Shown in pieces: positions 11,445 to 22,529 of a stretch of DNA of 64,000 nt; position 1 is the first letter of the stretch, and each line of letters opens with the position of its first letter. The notes under the pieces were generated by a model. It saw only the letters and a list, made by a program, of their open reading frames with translations. It had not been told where the DNA came from and did no database searches. The stretch covers positions 1,931,069 through 1,995,068 of the forward strand of contig OZ220747.1 of NCBI GenBank assembly GCA_965117015.1, given 5' to 3'. Source of the stretch: Acidimicrobiales bacterium. Its GTDB lineage: Bacteria; Actinomycetota; Acidimicrobiia; Acidimicrobiales; Aldehydirespiratoraceae. Made by a program: the position numbers and the translations under genes.

Positions 11445-12832
11445 AGGCCCACCCCGTCACCGAGAGCGTCACCCGAGACGGACGACAGGTAGCTGAGCAC
11501 GTCGGTGCTGGAGACCACCGCTCTGGGCCGGCCGCCGTCGAGAACCAGCAGCGCCGGGGATCGCTCCAGCTTGGTAACCGCCAGGGCCACCGGCTCACCG
11601 ATGCCGATCTGCTCCAGGGGCCTGCTCATCACGCTCTCCACCGGCCGGCCGAGCAGGTCCCCGTTGAAGGCCAGCGCCATGAGCTGCAGTTCGTGGACCG
11701 ATCCCATCACCTCGGCCGCGGCCAGCGGCATCTCGCCCTTGGCCACTGGAAGCTGGCTCAGCCCGTTGTCGCGCATGTGGGTCACGGCCAGGCTCACGGG
11801 GTCGTCGGGGTTGACGTACACGAGCGGCGGCAGCGCACCCTCCTTGGCGTCCAGCACGTCCTTCACGCAGGGGTGCTCGCCGATCAGGAACCCGTGCGAC
11901 GCCATCCAGTCGTCGTTGAACACCTTCGACAGGTAGCCGCGGCCGGAGTCGGGCAGCAGCACCACCACCACGTCGTCGGGTCCGCAGTCCCGGGCCACCT
12001 CGGCGGCCGCGCACACCGCGGTTCCTCCCGAGCCTCCGATGAGGAGGCCCTCGCGGTGGGAGACCAGCCGGGCCATGTCGAAGGAGGCCTGGTCGGACAC
12101 GGCGATAACACGGTCCACCACTTCGGCGTGGTAGGTCTCGGGCCAGAAGTCCTCGCCGATGCCCTCCACCTGGTAGGGCCGGCCGGACCCGCCGCTGAAC
12201 ACGGAGCCCTCCGGGTCGGCCGCGATGATCTGCACCGACGGGTTCTGCCGCTTGAGGTAGCGGCCCACTCCGCTGATGGTGCCCCCGGTGCCCGGTCCGG
12301 CCACGAAATGGGTGATGCGGCCGTCGGTCTGGCGCCAGAGCTCGGGTCCGGTCGTCTTCTCGTGGGCGAGGGGGTTCTCCTGGTTGAAGTACTGGTTGGG
12401 CTGGTAGGCGCCCGGCGTCGAGGCCATGAGCCGCTCGGCGGTGGAGTAGTAGGACTCGGGATCCTCGGGAGCCACCGCCACCGGGCACACCACCACCTCG
12501 GCGCCGTAGGCCCGTAGCAGCTGCACCTTCTCGGGGCTCACCTTGTCGGTCATCACGAAAACGCACCGGTAGCCCCGCTGGGCCCCAACCATGGCCAGGC
12601 CGACACCAGTGTTGCCCGAGGTGGGTTCGATGATCGTTCCACCCGGCTTGAGCAGCCCGTCGCGCTCCGCCCCGTCGATCATCGCGATGGCGATGCGGTC
12701 CTTGACGCTGCCGCCGGGGTTGAGCATCTCGAGCTTGGCCAGCACGTCGCAGCCGGCCTCGGGAATCGCCCGCCGCATTCTCACCAGCGGCGTGTTCCCT
12801 ACGAGGTCGAGGACGGAGTCGGCGACCTCCAC
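11441..12832 (-). CDS. cystathionine beta-synthase (PLP domain plus C-terminal CBS pair)
   Basis: Track ORF 11441..12970. GNTPLVRM, MLNPGGSVKDR and TSGNTG motifs. The start is set at GTG 12832 (463 aa). Codons upstream run into the AT-rich repeat and lose the G/C third-position bias. GTG 12865 is an alternative start. Confidence 0.85.
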   Translation of the reverse strand: MEVADSVLDLVGNTPLVRMRRAIPEAGCDVLAKLEMLNPGGSVKDRIAIAMIDGAERDGLLKPGGTIIEPTSGNTGVGLAMVGAQRGYRCVFVMTDKVSPEKVQLLRAYGAEVVVCPVAVAPEDPESYYSTAERLMASTPGAYQPNQYFNQENPLAHEKTTGPELWRQTDGRITHFVAGPGTGGTISGVGRYLKRQNPSVQIIAADPEGSVFSGGSGRPYQVEGIGEDFWPETYHAEVVDRVIAVSDQASFDMARLVSHREGLLIGGSGGTAVCAAAEVARDCGPDDVVVVLLPDSGRGYLSKVFNDDWMASHGFLIGEHPCVKDVLDAKEGALPPLVYVNPDDPVSLAVTHMRDNGLSQLPVAKGEMPLAAAEVMGSVHELQLMALAFNGDLLGRPVESVMSRPLEQIGIGEPVALAVTKLERSPALLVLDGGRPRAVVSSTDVLSYLSSVSGDALGDGVGL

Positions 12833-12925
12833 GCCCCGCAGGCTACCGGCCGCGGGCTGGAACACGAGTCCGGCGTTCGTCTCTCCGGCTAGGAGGTCGG
12901 GCGGAAATCGTGACCTCGCAAGGCA

Positions 12926-13088
12926 CTTAATTCTAGTGAAATAGCTTACGCTAGAATAATAGTGCGGCATGGGCCGTCTCTATTTCAGCGGGCTGGAAAT
13001 AGCGGGCCCCTGTCCGCCCTTAATTCTAGTGAAATAGCTTATGCTAGAATAATGGTGAGACTGGGCCGCATCATTCCAGCGGGCTGGA
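12926..13088. repeat. two tandem copies (period 93 bp) of an AT-rich palindrome-containing module in the CBS/Fic divergent intergenic region
   Basis: Copy 1 spans 12926-12997 and copy 2 spans 13019-13088. The first 35 nt (CTTAATTCTAGTGAAATAGCTTAYGCTAGAATAAT) are 34/35 identical and only 10/35 G+C. Each contains ATTCTAG-N14-CTAGAAT, which reads TAGAAT (-10-like) on both strands. The remainder is about 80 percent identical and ends in a hairpin-capable ...CAGCGGGCTGGA. Confidence 0.75.
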
Positions 13089-13107
13089 CTAAGAAGGGCA
13101 GAGCAGG

Positions 13108-14256
13108 ATGGATAGCGAGCGGGCTGGATACTTTCGTCGACAGTTGACCGGGTACGAAGCTTTTGTGCCGAAGCCGCTGCCGCCAGATCCGCCGCTGCGG
13201 TGGGAGGTCAGTTTGCTCAGGAAGCTGTCGGAGGCCACCACGGCGTTGGGTCGGCTGGACGGGCTGGCGGGCAGCCTGCCGAATCCTGAGTTGTTCGTCG
13301 CGTCCTACGTCCGGCGCGAGGCAGTGCTCAGCTCCCAGATTGAGGGCACCCAGTCGAGTCTCGATGACGTCCTCGCGCATGAAGTCGAGGCCAGGACCCA
13401 CGAACTGCCAGCCGATGTTGCCGAGACGGTCAACTATGTGCGGGCAATGCGCACCGGCTTGAGCCTCCTAGACCAGCTTCCGTTATCGGGCCGGCTCATT
13501 CGTAGGGTGCATGAGGAGCTGATGACGGGAGTGCGGGGACAGGAGCGCAGCCCCGGGGAGTTCCGCACGACCCAGAATTGGGTCGGTCCTGCTGGTTGCA
13601 CGCTGGAGACCGCCGCATTCGTGCCCCCGGCACCTGATGACCTTCCCGCCGCCGTCCGCGACTTCGAAGTCTTCCTGAACGGCAGCGACGATCCGCCGCT
13701 CGTGCTGGCCGGCCTGGCGCACGCTCAGTTCGAGACGATCCATCCATTCCTAGACGGCAACGGCCGTGTGGGCCGCCTCCTCATCACCCTGCTGCTGGTG
13801 CAGCGTCGGCTGCTAGCCCATCCGCTGTTGTACCTGAGCCTCTTTCTCAAGCAGAACCGCAGCGAGTACTACGACCGCCTCGATGCCATCCGTACGAATG
13901 GCGACTGGGAGGGCTGGCTCAAGTTCTTCCTTTCCGGCGTTGCCATCACGGCCAATGACGCCGTGCGGGTGGCGGGCGAATTGGTGGCGCTGACCGAGGA
14001 GCATCGACGCATCGCGACCGACCAGAACCTCGGCAAGTACGGGTGGCCGCTGCTGGACCTGCTGGCCGAGCAGCCGCTCGTCACGATCAAGTACGCGTCG
14101 GCCCGGCTGGGCTCGACTCCCACTACCGTCGGTCGCCTCCTGGAGCAGATGACCTCATTGGGGATGGTCGCCGAGCTGACCGGCCAGGAGCGGTACCGCG
14201 TCTACCGGTACACGCCGTTCCTGGATGTGCTCTCGGACGACGCTGAACCCGCCTAG
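13108..14256 (+). CDS. Fic family protein (class II, intramolecular inhibitory helix; C-terminal wHTH-like region)
   Basis: 382 aa. Fic motif HPFLDGNGRVGR (13741-13776). Inhibitory [ST]xxxE[GN] motif SSQIEG (13330-13347). Third-position G/C bias is weaker than in neighbours. RBS GAAGGG/GCAGGA lies before the ATG. Confidence 0.9.
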   Translation: MDSERAGYFRRQLTGYEAFVPKPLPPDPPLRWEVSLLRKLSEATTALGRLDGLAGSLPNPELFVASYVRREAVLSSQIEGTQSSLDDVLAHEVEARTHELPADVAETVNYVRAMRTGLSLLDQLPLSGRLIRRVHEELMTGVRGQERSPGEFRTTQNWVGPAGCTLETAAFVPPAPDDLPAAVRDFEVFLNGSDDPPLVLAGLAHAQFETIHPFLDGNGRVGRLLITLLLVQRRLLAHPLLYLSLFLKQNRSEYYDRLDAIRTNGDWEGWLKFFLSGVAITANDAVRVAGELVALTEEHRRIATDQNLGKYGWPLLDLLAEQPLVTIKYASARLGSTPTTVGRLLEQMTSLGMVAELTGQERYRVYRYTPFLDVLSDDAEPA

Positions 14257-15185
14257 CGGCCGGCTAGGCGCTCCACCACGGGGGCCATTTCCTCGGCGGA
14301 GCTGCCCATGAGGGAGATGTAGGTGATGCCCCAGCGCTCCCTCCAGCCCTCGATGGTGGCCACGCACTCGTCGACGGTGCCCACCAGGGCGTGGGGCGAG
14401 GCGAGGGCCTGCTCGGCGGTAATGCCGAAGGCCGGTGCAGCCGCCGAGGCCAGCGAGTGGGCATCGTCGGTGATGACGGCCAGATGCACTCGGGTCTGCA
14501 ACTCCAGGGAGCCGAATCGATCACCCGCGGCTTCCCTCAGCACGGAGAGCTTGCTGTCGGTCGCTTTCGCAGTGGCCGTGGGTCCGGCGTGCTCGTCGAT
14601 GGCGCCCGAGTGCAGGCTGGGATTGATCCCGACGATGTCGGCTCGGCGCGCCGCCAGAGCCAGCATCCGGTGGCCCCCGCCGGCCATGAGCAGCGGGGGG
14701 CGGGGCTTCTGGACTGGCTTAGGCTGCGAGTCGAGTCCGGAGATCCGGTAGTGGTCGCCCTCGAAGTCGAAGGCGCCTTCGCCGAAGCAGCCCTCCAGCA
14801 CGGTGACCGCCTCGTCGAGGCGCTCGATGCGCATGCCGGGACGGTCGAACGGAAGGCCAGCCTGCTCGTAGTCGGAGGTCATCCAGCCCGCTCCGATGCC
14901 GATCTCCAGGCGTCCGCCCGAGATCACATCGAGCGAGGCCAGCTCCTTGGCCAGCACGGCCGGGTGCCGGTAGTCGTTGGCCAGCACCAACGTGCCCACC
15001 CTCAGCGACTTGGTGGCCAGTGCCGCCGCGGTCAGTGCCACCAGCGGCCCGTGCCGGTCGTCGAAGTGATCGGTCATCACCACCGACGAGTACCCCATGG
15101 CCTCGGCCCGCCGGACCCGCGCCGCGATCTCATCGGGCCCGTCAAGGCCATCAAGGCTGAACCCGAAACGGAACGGACGGCTCAT
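14253..15185 (-). CDS. LLM-class (luciferase-like) oxidoreductase, probably F420-dependent
   Basis: 310 aa. The N-terminus MSRPFRFGFSL and overall luciferase-like pattern are present. Its stop overlaps the Fic stop in the palindrome CTAG. Confidence 0.8.
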   Translation of the reverse strand: MSRPFRFGFSLDGLDGPDEIAARVRRAEAMGYSSVVMTDHFDDRHGPLVALTAAALATKSLRVGTLVLANDYRHPAVLAKELASLDVISGGRLEIGIGAGWMTSDYEQAGLPFDRPGMRIERLDEAVTVLEGCFGEGAFDFEGDHYRISGLDSQPKPVQKPRPPLLMAGGGHRMLALAARRADIVGINPSLHSGAIDEHAGPTATAKATDSKLSVLREAAGDRFGSLELQTRVHLAVITDDAHSLASAAAPAFGITAEQALASPHALVGTVDECVATIEGWRERWGITYISLMGSSAEEMAPVVERLAGR

Positions 15186-15290
15186 AAGGGGAGCAATCCA
15201 CTGGCGGCAGGCACCCGCCGAACGCTACCGGTGTGCCGTCGCGACAGGAGCCTCCGGCGCTGTCGGGCGGCGGCAGTAGGGTGGCTGGCG

Positions 15291-17513
15291 ATGGCGGAAT
15301 CGGCGATTCTGGAGGACTTGAACCCGGCCCAGTATGAGGCGGTCACCCATACCGGTGGGCCGCTTCTGGTGGTGGCCGGGGCGGGGTCGGGCAAGACACG
15401 GGTGCTCACCCATCGCATCGCCCATCTGATCGACCATCACGGCCTGTCGCCGTTCGAGATCCTGGCCATCACCTTCACCAACAAGGCCGCCGGCGAGATG
15501 CGCGACCGCGTCGGCACCCTCGTTGGGCCGGTGGCGGAGAGCATGTGGGTGTCGACGTTTCACGCCGCCTGCGTGCGCATCCTGCGCCGCGACGCGGACT
15601 ACATCGACTACCCGAGCCGCTTCACCATCTACGACCAGGGCGACGCGGTGCGTCTGTGCGGCTACGTGCTGCGCGACCTGAACCTCGACCAGAAGCGGTT
15701 CCCGCCCCGGGCGATCCACGCCACCATCTCCGCGGCCAAGAACGACAACATCGGTGCCGAGCAGTACGCCGAGCGGGCCTCCAACGTCTTCGAGCGGCGC
15801 ATCGCCGAGGTGTTCAGCCACTACCAGCGCCGCCTGGCTGCGGCCGCGGCCATGGACTTCGACGATCTGCTGCTGCGCACCGTCGAGCTGTTCCGGAACT
15901 GCCCGGAGGTGCTGGAACGCTGGCGGCAGCGGTTCGCCCATGTGCTGGTGGACGAGTACCAGGACACCAACCCGGTGCAGAACGAGCTGGTGATCAGCCT
16001 GGGCGCCGAGAGCCGCCAGGTGACCGCGGTGGGTGACGCCGACCAGTCGATCTACGCCTTCCGTGGCGCAGACATCCGCAACATCCTCGAGTTCGAGCGG
16101 GCCTTCGACGACGTCCGCATCGTGGTGCTGGAGCAGAACTACCGCAGCACCCAGAACATCCTCGACGCCGCCAATTCGGTGATCGTCAACAACGCCGGCC
16201 GCAAGCCCAAGGACCTGTGGACCGACCAGGGGTCGGGGCCCGCCATCGTCCGCTACCACGCTGACGACGAGGAGGACGAGGCCCGCTACGTGGTCAGCGA
16301 GATCGTGCGCCGCTGCGACACCGAGCAGATGCGTCTGGACGAGACGGCCGTCTTCTACCGCACCAACGCCCAGTCGAGGGCGGTGGAGGAGCAGCTCATC
16401 AAGGCCGAGATCCCCTACCGGCTGGTGGGCGGCACCCGCTTCTACGACCGCCGGGAGGTGCGCGACGCCATGGCCTACCTCAAGACGGTCACCAACCCCG
16501 GCGACGAGGTGAGCGTGAAACGGGCGCTGGGCGTGCCCAAGCGGGGTGTGGGCGCCACCTCGGTGGCCAAGATCGACGCCTACGCCGCGGACTTCGGGCT
16601 CACCTTCTACGAGGCTCTCCGCCACTGCGCCGAGGCCGGCGTCACGGGACGCTCGGCGGCCGGCATCCGGCAGTTCTGCGCGCTGATCGACGGAGTTGCC
16701 AGCCTGGAGGCGTCGCCGGCCGCGGTGCTGCAGGAACTGCTGGAGCGCTCCGGGTACCTGGACGAGTTGCGCTCCGAGAAATCGGTCGAGGCTGACGGCC
16801 GCTTGGAGAATCTGGCGGAGCTGGTGGGGGTGGCCGGCGAGCACGACACCCTCGACGAGTTGCTGGAGGCGGTGGCGCTGGTGGCCGACACCGACGAACT
16901 GGCCGATACCGGCTCCGATGAGTCCGCGGTCACGCTCATGACCATGCATTCGGCCAAGGGCCTCGAGTACCCCGACGTCTACATGGTCGGGATGGAGGAC
17001 GGGGTGTTCCCCCACATCCGGGCCCTGGGCGAGCCTCACGAGTTGGAGGAGGAGCGCCGCCTCGCCTACGTCGGGATCACCCGGGCCATGCGCCAGCTCA
17101 CCCTCACCCACGCCTGGAGCCGGCTGCTGTACGGCAGCCGGCAGTACAACCCACCGAGCCGGTTCCTCAAGGAGATCCCCGACGAGCTGGTACAGACCGT
17201 CGACGGGTCCCGCGTGGTGCGCAGCCGCTACTACAGCCGCAGCCGGCGTGAGCGCAGCCTCGACCGGCGGTCGGCCAATCGCGACGAGATCGTGGAGCGA
17301 GCCCTCGACGCCGGCCGTCGACCCGCGCCTTCCCCGTCGGGGGCCGACCGCCTGGGGCTCAACGTGGGCGACGACGTGCGCCATTCCCAGTGGGGCGAGG
17401 GCGTGATCCTGAACATCGAGGGCGTGGGGGACGACGCTCAGGCGTCGGTGCGGTTCCCCAGCGTGGGCGAGAAGCAACTGCTGCTGTCATGGGCCCCGCT
17501 GGAGAAGATCTAG
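15291..17513 (+). CDS. pcrA: ATP-dependent DNA helicase PcrA/UvrD
   Basis: In-frame ATG at 15291 in track ORF 14391..17513. It carries LNPAQYEAV, Walker A AGAGSGKT, DEYQDTN, and a C-terminal Tudor-like HSQWGEG. 740 aa. Confidence 0.9.
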   Translation: MAESAILEDLNPAQYEAVTHTGGPLLVVAGAGSGKTRVLTHRIAHLIDHHGLSPFEILAITFTNKAAGEMRDRVGTLVGPVAESMWVSTFHAACVRILRRDADYIDYPSRFTIYDQGDAVRLCGYVLRDLNLDQKRFPPRAIHATISAAKNDNIGAEQYAERASNVFERRIAEVFSHYQRRLAAAAAMDFDDLLLRTVELFRNCPEVLERWRQRFAHVLVDEYQDTNPVQNELVISLGAESRQVTAVGDADQSIYAFRGADIRNILEFERAFDDVRIVVLEQNYRSTQNILDAANSVIVNNAGRKPKDLWTDQGSGPAIVRYHADDEEDEARYVVSEIVRRCDTEQMRLDETAVFYRTNAQSRAVEEQLIKAEIPYRLVGGTRFYDRREVRDAMAYLKTVTNPGDEVSVKRALGVPKRGVGATSVAKIDAYAADFGLTFYEALRHCAEAGVTGRSAAGIRQFCALIDGVASLEASPAAVLQELLERSGYLDELRSEKSVEADGRLENLAELVGVAGEHDTLDELLEAVALVADTDELADTGSDESAVTLMTMHSAKGLEYPDVYMVGMEDGVFPHIRALGEPHELEEERRLAYVGITRAMRQLTLTHAWSRLLYGSRQYNPPSRFLKEIPDELVQTVDGSRVVRSRYYSRSRRERSLDRRSANRDEIVERALDAGRRPAPSPSGADRLGLNVGDDVRHSQWGEGVILNIEGVGDDAQASVRFPSVGEKQLLLSWAPLEKI

Positions 17514-17525
17514 CCTCCCTACACC

Positions 17526-18254
17526 TCAGGCGTCGTGGACCGCAATGCGGAGGCGCTTGTTGGCCTTGCCCTTCGACTCGGTCTTGACCACCTCGAAGCG
17601 GCCCACCTCTCCGGTGGAGGGCAAGTGGGTGCCCCCGTCGGCCTGCTTGTCCAGCCCGACGATGTCGACCACCCGGATCTCGGTCACCGACTCCGGTATG
17701 AGGTTGACCTTGGTGCGGATCAGGTCGTCGTCGGCCAGGGCCTCGGCCCGGGGCAGGAACGAGATCCCAATCGGACGGTCGGCCGCGATCTCGGCGTTGA
17801 CCAGCTCGGTGACCTGGGCCGCGAACCCCTCGGGCAACGGGTCGAACTCGAAGTCCATGCGAGCCGATAGCGGGGCCATGTTCCCGCCGGTCACCGACAC
17901 CCCCCAGGTGTTGTAGATCACCCCGCACAGGATGTGCAGGGCGGTATGGGTGCGCATCAGGGCGTGGCGGCGCTCCCAGTCGAGCTCCCCCCGCACCGGC
18001 GTGCCTGCCGGCGGGGCCGGGGCGTCGAGGGTGTGCCACACCACGCCGTGGCCCCTCACGTCGGTCACCGTCGCCGCGCCGCCGGTCCAGCTCAGCGTGC
18101 CGGTGTCGTGGGGCTGGCCGCCGCTGGTGGCGTAGAAGGCGGTGGCGTCGAGGGCCACCCGCCCGTCGCCGTCGACCGCGACCACGGCGGCATCGAAGGC
18201 CCGGCACTGGGCGTCACGCAGGAATATCCGGTCGGTGGGGTTCACGTCAGCCAT
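17526..18254 (-). CDS. alanyl-tRNA editing protein (AlaX-M-like)
   Basis: 242 aa with TAFYATSGGQPHDTG, the HTALHIL zinc motif and GGTH. Confidence 0.75.
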   Translation of the reverse strand: MADVNPTDRIFLRDAQCRAFDAAVVAVDGDGRVALDATAFYATSGGQPHDTGTLSWTGGAATVTDVRGHGVVWHTLDAPAPPAGTPVRGELDWERRHALMRTHTALHILCGVIYNTWGVSVTGGNMAPLSARMDFEFDPLPEGFAAQVTELVNAEIAADRPIGISFLPRAEALADDDLIRTKVNLIPESVTEIRVVDIVGLDKQADGGTHLPSTGEVGRFEVVKTESKGKANKRLRIAVHDA

Positions 18255-18290
18255 AGGGCCTCCAAGTATGGCAAGTCGGTCGCAGTCGGC

Positions 18291-18758
18291 TCATCGCGGG
18301 TTGATATCCACCCGGACGTCGCCGTCCACGACAGCGACGCTGAAGTGGCGCAGGCCCGTGCCGGCCGCGTCCACCACATCGTCGGGGTCGCAAGTGTTCA
18401 CGAACTCAGCCTGCTCGGCCTGCCACTCGAAGAAGCAGTCCCGGCTCTGGCCCGGCCGTCGGGCCTCGAAGGCCAGCCATCCCGACTCCGGGTCGTTCCC
18501 GAGGTGCTGAAGGATGATGTCGAGCTCGCCGTCGGCCACGTCACCGAACAGGATCGGCCCCCGATCGGCGATCTCAGCGCTGATCCGGCCGGTCTCCATG
18601 TCGCGGAAGTCCCGGTCGCCGAGGTGGATCTCCACCTCGGTGCCGCCCCGGGTGAGCAGCAGCACTCCCAGGACCAGGCCCAATGCGACCACCACTCCCG
18701 CCAAGCCCACCACGACGACGGTTCGTAGGTCGGGACGCGGTCCGCTGGAAACGGGCAT
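18291..18758 (-). CDS. hypothetical membrane-anchored protein
   Basis: 155 aa with a single N-terminal TM helix (VVVVGLAGVVVALGLVLGVLLL) and genome-typical codon bias. No recognisable domain. Confidence 0.5.
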   Translation of the reverse strand: MPVSSGPRPDLRTVVVVGLAGVVVALGLVLGVLLLTRGGTEVEIHLGDRDFRDMETGRISAEIADRGPILFGDVADGELDIILQHLGNDPESGWLAFEARRPGQSRDCFFEWQAEQAEFVNTCDPDDVVDAAGTGLRHFSVAVVDGDVRVDINPR

Positions 18759-18847
18759 CGCGGCCTATCGCCTTATCCGGCTCGGTGCGCCGGCCCGGTG
18801 GTCGCCGACGAACGGGTAACGGGCATTGCGGCCTAGTATCGCCGCTC

Positions 18848-20005
18848 GTGGATCTGTTCGAGCATCAGGGCAAGGAGCTGTTCGCCCGGTACGGATTGCC
18901 GGTTCCCACCGGCGAGGTCGCGTTCACGGCCGAGGAGGCCGTGGCCGCGGCCGAGCGGCTCGGACTGCCCGTGGTGGTGAAGGCCCAGGTCCACACCGGG
19001 GGGCGGGGCAAGGCCGGAGGCGTGAAGGTGGCCGCGGACCTCGACGCCGTGCGCCGACATGCCGCCGACATCCTGGGCCTCGACATCTCGGGCCACACCG
19101 TGCGCCGCCTGTGGATAGAGCAGGCGTCCGACATCGCCGAGGAGTACTACGCCAGCTTCACCCTCGACCGCTCCGCCCGCAAGCACCTGGGGATGCTGTC
19201 GGTCGAGGGCGGCGTGGACATCGAGACGGTGGCCGCCCGCGACCCCGGAGCCATCGCCCGCATCCACGTCGATCCGGTGGACGGCTTGACACAGCCGGAG
19301 TGCCGCCGGTGGGTGCAGGCCGCCCGCATCCCCGGCTCCGCCGCGGGCGCGGTAGCCGATGTGCTGGTCACCCTGTACCGCGCCTACGTGGACGCCGACG
19401 CCGACCTCGTCGAGGTCAACCCGCTCATCGTGACCTCCGGCGGCGACGTGGTGCTCCTCGACTCCAAGGTCACCCTGGACGCCAACAGCACGTTCCGCCA
19501 CGACGACTACTCCGCCTACGACGCCACCCAGACCCGCGACGAGCGCGAGCAGGCCGCCCACGCCAAGCGGCTGCAGTACGTGGGCCTGGACGGCTCGGTC
19601 GGGGTGATCGCCAACGGAGCGGGCCTGGCCATGAGCACCGTGGACGTGGTCAACCAGGTGGGGGGCAGTCCGGCCAACTTCCTCGACATCGGCGGAGGCG
19701 CCAACGCCGAGGTCATGGCGGGCGCGCTGGAGGTCATCAACAACGACCCAGCGGTTCGGGCCATCCTGATCAACATCTTCGGGGGCATCACCCGGGGCGA
19801 GGAGATCGCCAACGGCATCATCGAGGCCACCGGGCGTGTCGACATCGACTCGCCCATCGTGATCCGCCTCGACGGCACCAACGCCTCCGAGGGCCGCGAG
19901 CTGCTGGAGCCCCACCTGAGCGATGAGCTGATGATGGAGCCAACCATGCTCGACGCCGCCCGCCGGGCAGTGGAACTGGCCGGTAGCGCCGACGGGGTCA
20001 GGTGA
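18848..20005 (+). CDS. sucC: succinyl-CoA synthetase beta subunit
   Basis: In-frame GTG at 18848 in track ORF 18683..20005. The N-terminus is VDLFEHQGKELFARYGLPVP. 385 aa. Confidence 0.92.
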   Translation: MDLFEHQGKELFARYGLPVPTGEVAFTAEEAVAAAERLGLPVVVKAQVHTGGRGKAGGVKVAADLDAVRRHAADILGLDISGHTVRRLWIEQASDIAEEYYASFTLDRSARKHLGMLSVEGGVDIETVAARDPGAIARIHVDPVDGLTQPECRRWVQAARIPGSAAGAVADVLVTLYRAYVDADADLVEVNPLIVTSGGDVVLLDSKVTLDANSTFRHDDYSAYDATQTRDEREQAAHAKRLQYVGLDGSVGVIANGAGLAMSTVDVVNQVGGSPANFLDIGGGANAEVMAGALEVINNDPAVRAILINIFGGITRGEEIANGIIEATGRVDIDSPIVIRLDGTNASEGRELLEPHLSDELMMEPTMLDAARRAVELAGSADGVR

Positions 20006-20009
20006 AGCC

Positions 20010-20894
<885 letters not shown>

Positions 20895-20896
20895 AC

Positions 20897-22441
<1,545 letters not shown>

Positions 22442-22451
22442 AGGCCACGCT

Positions 22452-22529
22452 CTAAGCGTTCCACGCTTGGGCGACGGCGGCGACGATGTTCTGGTATCCG
22501 GTGCACCGGCAGAGGTTGCCCGAGATCAT
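22452..22529 (-). pseudogene. relic of the 3' end of a CoxS/XdhC-small-subunit type [2Fe-2S] protein gene
   Basis: The minus strand translates to MISGNLCRCTGYQNIVAAVAQAWNA*. GNLCRCTGYxxIv is the second Fe-S cluster motif at the C-terminus of molybdo-hydroxylase small subunits. No ORF of 60 aa or more exists in this frame, and the upstream in-frame sequence is unrelated. Confidence 0.55.

Noticed and set aside
12926-13088. Possibility that the 93-bp tandem repeat is a small CRISPR array
   Set aside because: There are only two copies and they are directly adjacent, with no unique spacers. The period is far longer than CRISPR repeats, and no cas genes are present.
12962-13147. 61-aa plus-strand ORF spanning the tandem repeat and the fic start
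   Set aside because: It is AT-rich with non-genomic codon usage, has no RBS, and is out of frame with fic. It exists only because the repeat region lacks stops in that frame.
14391-15290. 300-codon N-terminal extension of the pcrA ORF
   Set aside because: It is antisense to the LLM oxidoreductase gene and has no helicase similarity. The PcrA family N-terminus (LNPAQYEAV) starts right after the ATG at 15291.
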